A model generated the notes under the pieces. It worked only from the letters and a program-made list of their open reading frames with translations. It did not search any database and was not told the origin of the DNA. Position numbers and translations under genes: made by a program. A stretch of 64,000 bases of DNA from Pristiophorus japonicus (lineage: Eukaryota). The stretch lies in NCBI RefSeq assembly GCF_044704955.1, contig NC_091999.1, positions 53,444,001 through 53,508,000 of the forward strand. Reading direction: 5' to 3'. Of this stretch, positions 52,191 through 64,000 are shown in pieces. The first letter of the stretch is position 1. The number at the start of each line of letters is the position of its first letter.

Positions 52191-52894
52191 ATTAATGCCC
52201 TGATGTCATAGTGCTTTCTGAATCTCTCTCACCAGACATGAAAAATGTTCAGTAATTACAGATATTAACAAACTACCTCACATCATTACAAATGATGCCC
52301 CACCACAAAAGATTCCTTGCAACTCCATTCTCCGGACCTTGCACTTCTCCTCTGACGGGGGATGTGACTGGTTCCTGCACATTTTCATCGCAACAAAAAT
52401 AGCAGCAAAAGACTAGAAACTTAACTTTGTTTCCTGTTGTCCCATGAATCCTGAAATTAATTTCACACTGGTTTTGAACCAGTATATTGCTTGTGTAGAC
52501 CTCTTGAACTTGGGGATATTCGGGCTTCAGCAATTATAACCAGTGGAGATGCATTTGGGTACAAAAATCTATAGACAGGCGTAAAGGAGCAAGGAATTTC
52601 AGGAAGAGCACTATTCAGTGCCTATCACAATTGTGTCCCAATTTATTACCATTTTACGCCAGGTATTTGCTTCACAGCCCATTACAGGTGGGTCTGGCTC
52701 AAATACACAGGAAATATTACAGATTCCCCGGAATCCTTGCCAATTCATTGCCCTTCGTTAACGACGGTGTTCAAGTAATAGCGAGAGGTTGATATCTCAA
52801 AAGTGAGTTATTCCCCTTGAAAGAGTGAAGGCTAATTATTGGTGTCCTGATTCTGAAGATGCGGCTTTTCCTGACTTTCATTCCTGCTTCGCAG

Positions 52895-53202
52895 TGGATG
52901 TCCCATGCAGCGATTAAAAATCACTCTTCGCCCACCATCACTGGAACAGGGTTTACTGGAGGCGACGGTGACCTTAACCTGCGTCGTGTCTGACGCTCCT
53001 TATGGGCTCACCGTGACCTGGACCCGAAAAAACGAGACTTTGAAATCAGAGATTGCCGTCCAACCCGGAGAGGATCCCAACAGTGTGATCAGCAACTTAA
53101 ACATCTCGACACAAGACTGGCTGAGTGGGGATAAGGTCTACTGCGTGGTGAGCCATCAGGATATGCCGACTCCGATCAGAGATTCCATCCACAAGGAAAA
53201 GG
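52895..53202 (+). pseudogene. ighm: IgM Cmu3 exon, 1-nt deletion near the 5' end
   Basis: [24 protein letters not shown]...[19 protein letters not shown]; in the splice phase it reads VDVPCSD*; 308 nt. Confidence 0.92.
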
Positions 53203-53344
53203 GTGAGCGGGGAGATTGTTGCAATAAGTGAGACACTGCAACAATTTCGATGCGTGTGCATGGGCCAATTGATTATATAAAGTGTTTAATGGCTACTCTG
53301 ATCATTCAGGTTGGTAATTCCACCAACTTAGCACTCTGGGACCT

Positions 53345-53505
53345 GACATTATGTATTTTAGGGGAAACTGGATAAGTCCATGAGCGAGAAAGAAATAGAA
53401 GGGTATATTATTACGGTTGGATGAAGTGGGCTCGGAGGAGGCTTGTGTGGATCATAACCACCGGCTTAGACCAGTTGGCCAAATCTCCTCGTTCTGTGCA
53501 TTAAA
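53345..53505 (+). mobile_element. Short CR1 3'-UTR fragment
   Basis: ggggaaactggataag...ggaggaggcttgtgtgg...agaccagttgg. Confidence 0.6.
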
Positions 53506-54120
53506 TTCTTTGTCATTTTCCAGTCCAACGCTTCAAGATTTCAGAGAGAAAGATTACGTTTCCTCGGATAAGGAATGGAAAACCAGAGAGGCCACAGAGG
53601 GGAAAAGGAATAGCGTAATACATTCAACGCCGTGTCCATTTCTCTCACATCTAACCACCGGAAATTGGCTGAATTTAAATGAGGAAGGCGAGTTGTGGGC
53701 GTTTGTCGCACAGGCCACCAGTGAAAACGGGAGGATTAGAAGCCGAGTGAGCAGGTCACGGATCGCGGGGGGTGGGTTAGGCAGGGACCCTGGATCCAGG
53801 AGGTAGGTGTCAGGGCAATTACCACCTGGGAGCAGCAATCCACACCTTGCTGTAACTGCTGAGATTTACACAGTGTGTCAAACCGGACCAGCGACTGTTA
53901 AACACCAAATGGTGGTTAAAATAGAGGATTCAGGTCTCATTTAAATATATTACTCAAATATAATATTACAACCGGAAGTGAGCGAGTTGAGGTAGGGATT
54001 CCAATTTTTACCAATTTAACAACCTCCACGCCCAAAACCCGCCCGCTGTATTGGGTTGAAATTCCCCCATTGTCTCTGGAACTATCCAGTTCATTGGCCT
54101 TTGTTGTAACTGTTCTACAG

Positions 54121-54482
54121 CGAAAGATCCGTGGGAACCAGCCGTGTCTGTCCTCCTGCCCTCAGCAGAAGTCTCTGCTCAGAGGTTGGTCAGCCTCACC
54201 TGCTTAGTGAGAGGTTTCTCCCCCCGAGAGATCTTCATCAAATGGACCGTCAATGTCAAGCCGGTGGATTCCGGCAACTACAAGAACACGGAGGTGATGG
54301 CGGAGAATGGCAGCAGATCCTTCTTCATGTACAGCCTGCTATCCATTGCAGCCGAAGAGTGGGCCAGCGGCGCCTCTCACTCCTGTGTGGTGGGACATGA
54401 AGCGATCCTATTGAAAATCACCAACAGAACCGTCAATAAATCCAGTGGTAAAGCATTTCCCTTGTTATGATGGACACCTTCA
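54121..54482 (+). pseudogene. ighm: IgM Cmu4 exon plus 5' part of secretory tailpiece
   Basis: [36 protein letters not shown]...[15 protein letters not shown]...[10 protein letters not shown]; internal donor G|GTAAA at 54448; tail ISLVMMDTF out of frame after a small deletion. Confidence 0.93.
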
Positions 54483-55180
54483 TAAGAACATAGGAACATA
54501 AGAATTAGGAACAGAAGTAGGGCATCTTGCATCTCGAGCCTGCTCCGCCATTCAACAAGATCATGGCTGATCTGGCCGTGGACTCAGCTCCACTTTCCCG
54601 CCCGCTCCCCATAACCCTTAATTCCCTTATTGGTTAAAAATCTATCTTTCTGTGAATTGAATACATTCAATGAGCTATCCTCAATTCCTCCCCTTTGCAG
54701 ATAATTCCACAGATTCACAACTCTGTGGGAGAAGAAATTCCTTCTCAACTGAGTTTTAAATGGGCTCCCCCGTATTTTGAGGCTGGGTCCCCTAGTTCGA
54801 GTCTCCCCGACCAGTGGAAACAACCCCACTGCCTCGATCTTGTCTATGCCTTTCATTGTTTTAAATGTTTCTATCGATCACCCCTCATCCTTCTGAATTT
54901 CAACGAGTAAAGACCCAGTCTACTCAATCTATCATCATACGGTAACCCCTCTCATCTCCTGAATCAGCCTCGTGAATCGTCTCTGTACCCCCTCCAAAGC
55001 TAGTATATTCTTCCTTAAGTAAGGTGACCAAAACTGCACGCAGTACTCCAGGTGCGGCCTCACCAATACCCTATACAGTTGCAGAAGGACCTCCCTGCTT
55101 TTATACGCCATCTCTCTGGCAATGAAGGTCAACATTCCATTCGCCTTCCTGATTACCAGTTGCACCTGCAAACTAACATT

Positions 55181-55376
55181 AATTGCCGGTGCTTTTAGTG
55201 TCCCCCTCCCCTTTTATAGGGGGCACTTGTAAAAAAAATATGTTTTTGTGCCCAAACCCCCCCCCCCCCCCAAAATACCACAAAAAAATAAAAGGGCCTG
55301 TAAATGTTTGGTGTTTTCCCCAGATCGGGGGGGGGGGTGTTACGGTTTAATGTTTATTGTTTACTCCCAAAAAGAG
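55181..55376 (+). mobile_element. 5'-truncated Tx1 copy (3' UTR only)
   Basis: Matches 62225-62377 (aattgccggtgcttt...agggggcac...cagatcgggg...aaagag). Confidence 0.9.
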
Positions 55377-56313
55377 TTTCATGCACAAGGACCAATGGTG
55401 GAGCTTTGCAGGCGTGGCCTATGCACTTGGAGCCTGGCTGCTGTGAGAGAAGGAACTCCCTGCTTTAGCTCCCGTCTGGAAGGCCTGGAGTGAGCCCTGA
55501 GACCAGCCCAGGAACAGGAGAAAGGAAGGGGCTTCATTACCATTCATCTAGAGTGAGAGGAGGACAGCAGAAGACTGCAACACCTTCATTATTTCAACAA
55601 AGATTTGGTGAGAGGGGGAAAAAAGAACAACAACTTACCAGTGTGGAAGGAGGGAAAGACTTCTTCAGCCAAAGGTGGGTGTGTTTTGGTGCATTCACCA
55701 AAAAGACTTTGTTGTATCGGTGGGGGGAGGAAAGAAGACCAATCGAGGGCCAGAACATCGCGGGGTGTGTGTGTGTGTGTGCAAGTGTATGTGGGGGTCT
55801 TGCCTACAGCTAGGCCCACACACCACTGAAGCACCCCTCCCCCATTGCCTAGCCTGGGATAGCTGGAGCTACCAGGCTGAAGAAATTAAATCACCCTAAT
55901 TAACATCGTTGGGCGTGTGTACCTGTGTGGCTCCAGCTGCCCCAGGTGAAGACATCTTCTCCCCCCACCCGAAGATCACCCCAAAGACTGTTTTGTTTGC
56001 CATCTGGGGAGTGCACCCACCCATTACTGTGAGGGGAGACCTGCCCTTGAAGCCTCCCTCTTTTCCACATCCCCTCACTCCATCTCTCTCTCTGTCTCTC
56101 CCCTCTCTCTCTGAGAGCCCTTCCTCCCAATTGGAAAAAAAAAAGACAAGAACAATTTAGACAACTGAGCAGAGGGAGCAAGGCCCCTCCCCAAATGCCA
56201 ACTAGGAGTGGAGTGCCTCTTTCAGAGCTCCCGCTGTTAAATACTTAAACGAGGCCACTTAAGACAATTAAGGCATGTGACTTTGGGGTGGGTGTAGCCC
56301 TTAAAGTGACCCC

Positions 56314-58337
56314 GTGATGGCGACCCCATCCACGCCGGTGGCAGGGCCAGCTTGGACTTATGCGCAGGCGGCGTCCACATCCACGGCACATCCTGCGCCT
56401 CCTGCTGCCCTGCCACCATTCAGACTGATAACTAAAAAACACGGGGTCAAGGGCTACACTAACCCCACAATGAGCATTGAGGAGTGCGTGCGGGCGATGG
56501 CTGGGGTAGTCGGCCCCTCGGCCATTGTCGCAGCCTCCAAGATGTCTGGGAAGGCCGTGTTCTTCCTGGGGTCAGAGCGGGCGATGTCCCTGGCCATTGA
56601 AAAGTGGCTCCTGGTGGGCGGGGCGTTCCTGCCGGTGGACCCTCCCGTGGCCACCGCGCAGAGGGTCATCATTTCAAACGTCCCGCCCTTTGTTCCCGCT
56701 GAGCTCCTCCTCCCTCATCTACACCAACTGGGGGAGGTAAGGTCGGGGATCAACCCCATACCGCTCGGCCTCAGGGAGAACAGCCTGCGCCATGTGTTCT
56801 CCTTCCGCCGCCAGCTCTTTGTCCGGCTGGCGCGGGAGGAGACGACGGAGGGCAATTTCAATGTGGTGCACGATGGGACTACCAACCGCGTCTTCTGGAC
56901 GTCGGACGGCGTGCGGTGCCATGCCTGCCACCACCCCTCCCCCTAGTTGAGTCCACGTGCTGGGAGCCGTAGGTGCGTGGGCATCGTCGGAGGCCTTTGT
57001 TTTCACGGCCTCCGGCGGGGGGGAGGGGGAGCGTCCGACCGGAAAGAAGGCGCGGAAGAAGGCGAAACTTCTAGAGGCGTGTCCCCTCGGTGCGCCAAAC
57101 AACTTGTTTACCGCGCTCGGCCAAACTCCGTCACCGACGAGCGCGGGGTGCCCTGAGCCTGAGCCCGTGCCCGAGCCCTTGACTAGTATCACCGAGGGGT
57201 TCGGGCGTGGGCAAGACAAGAAAAAGGGGGGAGTGGAGCGGGAGGCCTCGGCAGACATGGAGGTCTCCCTGCCTCTGCGCACCCCCAGGAACAAAAGGAG
57301 GCGCCGCTCCAATGAGGTGGAGGGAGAACAACATCCCTCAGCGGAGGAGGCGGTGCCCGCCGCGTGTCCCGCGTCCCCCACCAGTGCCCCCAAGCTGCGC
57401 TGTAGGCAGGAGGAATCTGTCCCTGGGGAGGGTGAGGCAGTCGAGGCTGCCCAGCCGCTGCCTCTCGGTGATGACGTGAAAGATCTGCCTGTCTTGGGGG
57501 GCGTGGGGCCAGCGGAAGAATCTGTAACTGCCGGGTCGAGCGTGCCGGGGACTGAGGCGGGCGAGGCTGAAAAGGCCGATCCTGAGCCCGCCCAGCCAAT
57601 ACCCAACTTCCCCCGGGATTTGCTCGACTCGCAGAAGCTGACACTGCAGACAACTGTAATATACATCCACACGCTGGGTCGGGGGGTGGCGGCGGGGAGG
57701 GGGAAGAACAACAACCCTCGCCCCCTACTTTGGAGCTGAGGCACTTGGTTGACCTGGAGAATTTCCTAAACCAGGTCTCTCCGTGTTCCCCGGCTCCTGG
57801 GGTGGAGGAGGAACCCCTTCCGCTGTCGCTTCCCGACCCAGCACCACTTTTAAAAGAGCCCAGTGGGGACTCCTCTGCCGACGATCCTGGAGGTGGGATC
57901 AGGGCAGAGCCAGGGCCGGATGGAGCGGCCGGGCCGTTTGGCGTACCTCGTGCGGTCGATGGGCCGGCTGCTGGCAGTGACCTCCCGGTGGAGGACGGCG
58001 ACTCGGTGGGGGACACGGGAGAAAATCTCGAGTCCATCACCATTGAGGTAGTGGATCTTCTCGCGTCCACCGCTGAGACCCTCCTCATTCCTGCAAAGGA
58101 ACTCCGGGACTTTTTGGTCCAGTGCCGGGGTCGCCGCGACCAAGCCCGTCTGGCCCTGGAAAGATGGTCTGAGCCAGTGTTGCTCATCGCTTCCCTCCGC
58201 ACCGCAGCTAAAACCATGGCCGCGGGCGGGCCCTTTCAAGGGCGCAAGGCCTTGAGCTGCGCTGGCTCAAAAAGTTCCTCGCTGGGCTGCTGAAGGAGTG
58301 GAGGTCAACAAACTACTCCACTCCCCCTCCCACAATA
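56314..58337 (+). pseudogene. Tx1 ORF1 (disrupted)
   Basis: TYAQAA...SIEECVRAMAGVVGPSAIVAASKM.GKAVFFL...ISNVPPF...FSFRRQ...CHAC (zinc knuckle truncated); broken into three ORFs. Confidence 0.85.
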
Positions 58338-58347
58338 GGTTAGGTAG

Positions 58348-61300
58348 ATGTTGCACTATGCCATAGCTAGCCGCAACATCAACAGCGGCAGAGAGGCTCG
58401 ACGCAGATTTAACAATTTTACGCTCCTGCGGGAGGAGAAATATGCGGTGTGCTTCCTGCAAGAAACCCACACCGTTCCGGGAGACGAAGCCACGTGGCTC
58501 CTGGAATGGCAAGGAGAGGTCCGCATGAACCACCTCACCGCCACTTCTAGTGGGGTGGCCATCTTGCTGGCCTAGCATTTTCAGCCGGAGATCTTGGGGG
58601 TCGAGGAGCCCGTGCCAGGCCGCTTGCTACACGTCACGGTTCGCCTGGGGGACGTGCCGCTCCATTTCGTGAATTTGTACGCCCCTCAGCCCGGCCCGCA
58701 GCAAACGCGCTTCTTCGAAGAGGTGTCCGCTCTTCTTGGCTCCATCGACGTCGGCGACTGCATTGTCCTCGGGGGGGATTTTAACTGCACCATCGAGGTG
58801 AGGGACCGCTCCGGTGCCCTGCAGAGCATGACGGCGATCGAGAAGTTGAGGGACCTGTTCGGGTCCTTCGACTTGGTGGACGTCTGGCGAAATCTCCATC
58901 CCGACTCCAGCGCCTTTACTTGGGTGACGCCTGGAGTAGGATGGTCTAGAGTCGACCGCCTTTACGTGTCTCGGGCGTACGTTTCCTGCGTCCCGGCGGC
59001 CTCCATGCGGCCGGTGCCTTGTTCGGACCACCACCTGGTGTGGACGGAGCTCGCTTCGCTCCGCGCGAGGACAGGGTCCGCGTACTGGCATTTTAAAAAC
59101 CGGCTGCTGGAGGACGTGCGGTTCCAGGACTCATTCCGTCGTTTCTGGGCCGACTGGAGAAGGAAGCAGGGGGGCTTCCCCTCCTTGAGGCTATGGTGGG
59201 ATGTGGGCAAGGCTCACGTTCGCGTCTTCTGTCAAGAGTACGCGAGGGGGTCGACCAAGAGGCGGGTGGCCAGGGCCGGGCGCCTAGAAAAAGAGGTGCT
59301 CGACCTAGAGTCCCATCTCGGTCAAGTCGTTGGTTCCCCGGCCCTGCGGACGGTGTACGAAGCGAAGAAGGCCGCGCTGAAGGACCTGCAGCTCGTCGGG
59401 TCCCGAGGCGCGTTCGTGAGGTCGCGGATCCGGTTCCTGCGGGATCTTGACCACGGCTCCCCCTTCTTCTACTCGCTGGAAAAAAGACAGAGTGTCCGTA
59501 AGCAGCTCTTGACGCTGCTGGCCGACGACGGCACTCTCGTCTCTCCGGAGCAGTCCAGCGAGGAAGCGCGTATAGTTTTGTGGGAGGACCTGCCGAAGGT
59601 CAGCCCGGAGGGCGCCGAAAATCTGAAAGCTCCACTAAGCCTGGCGGAGCTGACCGGCGCCCTCGACCGGCTCTCGAGGGGAAAAGCCCCGGGGCTGGAC
59701 GGGCTGACCGAGGAGTTCCACAGGGCGTTCTGGGACGTCCTGGGGGGCGACTACGCGCGGGTCCTGGGGGAAAGTCTGGTGACTGGGGAGATGCCCCTCT
59801 CTTGGCGCAGGGCAGTCATCGTCCTGCTGCCTAAGAAGGGCGATCTCCGCCTCCTTAAAAACTGGCGCCCGGTCTCCCTCCTCAGCACAGACTACAAAAT
59901 CTTTGCCAGGATGATGTCTGCTCGCCTTGGCGCCATGCTGGACCACGTGATCCACCCCAACCAGTCCTACACGGTCCCGGGCTGGAAAATCCACGATAAC
60001 ATCCATCTGGTCCGGGACCTCATTCATCATTCCCAGGAGGCTGGTCTGTCGGTCGCCTTCCTATCCCTCGACCAAGAGAAGACGTTCGACAGGGTGGATC
60101 ACGACTATCTGCTCGGAACTCTGTGCGCTTTCGGGTTCGGAATGCATTTCGTCGCCCGGATCCGCCTTTTGTACGCTGCCGCGGAGTGTCTGATTAATGT
60201 TAACGGGTCCTTGACGGCGCCCCTTCGCTTTGGGAGAGGGGTGCGCCAGGGATGCCCCATTGTCCGGCCAGTTATATGCCGTCTGCGTGGAGCCTTTCCT
60301 GCGCCTCCTGCGGATGAGGTTGACGCGATTGGCTCTGCAAGGGCCGGGCGTGGAGGTCGACCTCTCGGCTTACGCCAATGATGTGCTCCTCGCAATAGAG
60401 GATCCCGCTGACCTGCGGAGGATGTATGAGTGCCAGGAGATTTACTCGGCTGCATCCTCCTCCAGAATCAACTGGGAGAAATGTTCCGGACTCCTGGTGG
60501 GTCAGTGGCGGGTGGACTCCCTGCCGGAGGAGCTCAGACCTTTTGCCTGGAGCACGACCCATCTCCTCTATCTGGGAGTCTACCTTAGCCCCGACGAGGA
60601 AGCCTGGCCGGCGAACTGGCAGGAGCTGGAGGCTAAGGTCACCGCTCGCCGAGGGCGCTGGACAGGACTGCTCCGAGTGCTGTCCTACAGGGGTCGAGCG
60701 CTAGTCATAAACCAGCTGGTGGTCGCCATGTTGTGGTACCGGCTGGTCACTTTGACTCCTCCCCCTGCGTTTGTCGCCAAGATACAGAAGAAGCTGGTGG
60801 ACTTCTTCTGGAACAACAGGAAACACTGGGTCTCTGCCGCGGTCTTGAGTCTACCGCTTGGGGAGGGCGGTCAGTCATTGGTGTGCGTCAGCGCCCAGCT
60901 CGCGACTTTTCATCTTCAGATCCTGCAGAGATACCTTTACGTTGAGCCCCCTCCTAGGTGGCGTGCTCTGGCGATGTATTTCTTCCGCCAGCAGCACGGC
61001 CTCAACTACGACAAGCAGCTCCTGTTTGTGAGAGTGGGGGGCGTCAGGACAGCCCGCCGGGAGCTGCTTGTCTTTTACAAGGAACTCATCAGGGTCTGGA
61101 ATAAAGTCTGCAGCAAGCGAAGCTCTCCACCAGCTGGAGTGGCGGCCGTCCTGCAGGAGCCGCTGCTCGGGAATCCGTACCTCCACGACCGAGGTTTTTT
61201 GTGGTGGTCGGATGAGAGGGCTGTGGCTGGTGAGGTGACCAGGGTCAGGGACCTGCTCGATGGCGGAGGAGCGGGTTGGATGGCGCCAGACACGCTGGCG

Positions 61301-62197
61301 CGGCGCCTAAATTCCGCCAACGTCCGCCACGCGGCTGATGCCATCGAGTCGCTAAAAACAGCTCTGGGCCCCGACTCCATGAGGTGCATCGAGGAGGCTC
61401 AAGCACGCGGGGAGATCCCATCCGAACTGACCCCCGTCCGGACGGAATTCCTCATCGGCGCCAAACCCCGGAACCTCTCTCGGGGGCCGGCGCCTCACAA
61501 CTTGAGCCGCCTCGGGGAAATCCCCTCCGTGCCTTTCAGTTCTGCGCGGAGGGGTTTCCTGTACGGGCTGCTCCTGCACACTCTCAACTTTGCCATCCTT
61601 GCCTGCCGTCTGGACACGCCATGGCGTACCATCTTGCCGTCCAGAGGAGGCGGGGGTCCCCGATGGAGGGCACTCTACGCAGGGGTCCTCCCACTATTAG
61701 CCGGGGACTTGGCCTGGAGGGTGATGCACGGAGCAGTGCCGTGCAATAAATTTTTAAGCCGGTTCACGGGCTCCCAGGCCGCCTGCAATTTCTGCGGTCT
61801 GGAAGAGTCCGTGTTCCATGTTTTTATTGAGTGCACGAGGTTGCAGCCCCTGTTTTGTTATTTAAAGGGGCTGCTCCTGAAATTCTGGCTGCACTTCAGT
61901 CCCACACTCCTGATCTTCTGGCAACCTGTGCGGAGGGGAGCGGGTAGGTCCGAGGGCCTCCTCGTAGGACTGCTCCTGGGCACGGCCAAGGGGGCGGTCA
62001 GCCAGTCCAGGCAGCAGGCGGTCGAGGGGGTCGTTCAGCCAGACTGCCTGCCTCTCTTCCGCGCATACATCCGGTCAAGGGTGTCCCTGGAGATGGAGCA
62101 CGCGGTGTCCACCGGTACGCTCGTGGCCTTCCACAAGAGGTGGGCACCGGAGGGACTGGAGTGCATCATCACGCCCGGCAACCAAATTTTAACTTGA
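58348..62197 (+). pseudogene. Tx1 ORF2: APE endonuclease, RT, C-terminal CCHC; stop at ~58573, frameshift at ~60255
   Basis: NINS, FLQETH, GGDFN, SDH; KAPGLDG, NWRPVSLL, LDQEK.FD, RGVRQGCP, SAYAND; CNFCGLEESVFHVFIEC. Confidence 0.92.
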
Positions 62198-63601
62198 TTT
62201 CATGTTTTTAAGTTAATTTGTTTTAATTGCCGGTGCTTTTATTTGTCCCCCTCCCCTTTTATAGGGGGCACTTGGAGAAAAAATATGTTTTTGTGCCAAA
62301 AATAAACCTTGTAACTGTTGGTGTTTCCCCCAGATCGGGGGGCACGGATTAATGTTTTTTGTTTGCTCCTTAAAGAGTTTCATTCACAAAGACCCCCAGG
62401 TCCCTCTGCATCGCAGCATGTTATAATATCTCCCCATTCAAATAATATTCACTTTTGCTGTTTTTTTTCCCTCAAGGTGGATGACTTCACACTTTCCGAC
62501 ATTGTATTCCATCTGCCAAATCTTAGCCCATTCTCTAACCTATCTAAATTTATTTGCAGCCTCTCTGTGTCCTCTGCACAACCCGTTTTCCCACTAATCT
62601 TTGTGTCATCTGCAAATTTTGTTACACTGTACTCTGTCCCCTCTTCCAGGTCATCTATATATATTGTAAACAGTTGTAGTCCCAGCCCCGATCCCTGTGG
62701 CACACCACTAACCACCGATTTCCAACCAAAAAAGGACCCATTTATCGCGACTCTCTGCTTTCTGTTAGCCAGCCAATTCTCTATCCATGCTAATACTTTT
62801 CCTCTGACTCCACGTGCCTTTATCTTCTGCAGTAACCTTTTGTGTGGCACCTAAACGAATGCCTTTTGAAAATCTAAATACAGCACATCCATCGGTACAC
62901 CTGTATCCACCATGCTCGTTATATCCTCAAAGAATTCCAGTAAATTAGTTAAACATGATTTCCCCTTAATGAATCCATGCTGCGTCTGCTTGATTGCACT
63001 ATTCCAATCTAGATATCCCGCTCTTTCTTCCTTAATGATAGTTTCAAGCATTTTCCCCACTACAGAGGTTAAACTAACCGGCCTATCGTTACCTGCATTT
63101 TGTCTGCCCTCTTTTTTAAACAGAGGTGTTACATTATCTGCTTTCCAATCCGCTGGTATCTCCCCAGAGTCCAGAGAGTTTTGGTGGATTTTAACGATTG
63201 CATCTGCTATAACTTCCGCCATCTCTTTATCCCTGCGATGCATTTCATCAGGACCGGGGGACTTTTCTACCTTGAGTCCCATTAGCCTGTCCAGCACTAC
63301 CCACCTAGTGATAGTGATTGTCTCAAGGTCCTCCCTTCCCACATTCCTTTGACCAGCAATTTCTGGCATGGTTTTTGTGTCTTCCACTGTGAAGACCGAA
63401 GCAAAATAATTGTTTAAGCTCTCAGCAATTTCCACATTTCCCATTATTAAATCCCCCTTCTCATCTTCTAAGGGACCAACATTTACTTTAGTCACTCTAT
63501 TCCGTTTTACATATCGATAAAAGCTTTTACTATCCGTTTTCATGTTTTGCGCAAGTTTACCTTTGTAATCTATCTTTCCTTCCTTTATTGCTTTCTTAGT
63601 C

Positions 63602-63659
63602 ATTCTTGTCAATGAGAATGTCTCGATTGCATTTCAGTTCTTAAATAAAAAACAATAAA
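63602..63659 (+). pseudogene. ighm: Displaced 3' end of IgM secretory tailpiece ((N)SCQ-stop) with poly(A) signals
   Basis: at tct tgt caa tga at 63602-63615 restores ...DTF-N-S-C-Q* when joined to 54482; AATAAA at ~63644 and ~63654. Confidence 0.85.
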
Positions 63660-64000
63660 TGGCTTTTCTTCCATCGTGAGTTAAACACACAGCCACTCAA
63701 TTAATTATGTTTCCTATTTTGGCCAATGTGAGGGCTGTTTATCAGAAGTAGGGTGTTTGCGGATCTCGGTCCCAAGGCTTGTACAGCCAGCGCTCCAAGC
63801 TCACATACAGCATGAGTTAGAAACTGGGTGGAGTTCTCTCATTACAGGATTCCTGAAGGTAACTTCAGCTGAGAGGGAGTAAAGGGTAATTTTAACTCAC
63901 TGTACCTCTCACACGCACCAGCGAGAGGAGAAAGGAAAACGTGTAATTCATGTAACCCCCACTGCCCCTCCCGCAGGGAGATGGGAAGTGAACCACTCTC

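Larger units (their letters stand above)
55394..62377 (+). mobile_element. Apparently full-length Tx1-clade (L1 group) non-LTR retrotransposon, 17-bp TSD
   Basis: ORF1 56314-58337 and ORF2 58348-62197; TSD tttcatgcacaaggacc (55377-55393) / tttcattcacaaagacc (62378-62394). Confidence 0.93.
54483..63601 (-). mobile_element. 5'-truncated CR1 LINE (3' part 54483-55180; 5' part 62378-63601) interrupted by Tx1 insertions
   Basis: Tail taagaacata at 54483; ORF 54935..55171 (MQVQ...HLEYCVQFWSPY); ORFs 62449..62850 (GVPQGS, FADD) and 62851..63612; the two halves join across the Tx1 block. Confidence 0.95.

Noticed and set aside
53660-54070. Possible MITE in the Cmu3-Cmu4 intron
   Set aside because: Terminal inverted repeats and TSD could not be defined by eye
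49660-54482. Functional IgM, IgW or IgNAR gene
   Set aside because: The four domains match IgM, but Cmu1 has a stop, Cmu2 and Cmu3 are frameshifted, the tail is disrupted and no VDJ is visible
56719-58217. 341- and 342-aa minus-strand ORFs
   Set aside because: Antisense shadows of GC-rich Tx1 ORF1
63835-63870. Possible Ig transmembrane or mini-exon (cattacag|...|gtaact)
   Set aside because: Only 11 nt and no IgM TM motif; TM exons, if present, lie outside the window

Overview
Repeat-rich vertebrate genomic DNA, almost certainly from a cartilaginous fish (shark-type IgM C-mu exons, Deu-domain SINEs, shark-style CR1 LINEs, GPR139-like GPCR family). No clearly intact host gene is present. Main contents: (i) an inverted segmental duplication with arms of about 9 kb (~9842-18880 and ~28963-45922), each carrying a two-exon GPR139-like GPCR copy, a 35-bp minisatellite, a ~2 kb purine/pyrimidine-skewed tract and the 3' end of a spuma/loki-like provirus; (ii) a class I (epsilon-like) ERV with both LTRs, tRNA-Leu PBS and 4-bp TSD inserted in the right arm; (iii) a near-identical 762-bp inverted duplication joining the GPCR block to (iv) an IgM heavy-chain constant-region pseudogene (Cmu1-4) with no visible V/D/J, whose secretory tailpiece is split by a CR1; (v) inside that CR1, two Tx1-clade LINE copies inserted at the same nucleotide, with the empty target site visible in another CR1 in this window, suggesting a CR1-targeting site-specific retrotransposon; (vi) a tRNA-Leu(TAA)-type body with a GCA anticodon, further CR1s, SINEs and a second decayed LTR element. 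Everything was read by eye; coordinates of decayed repeats are approximate.
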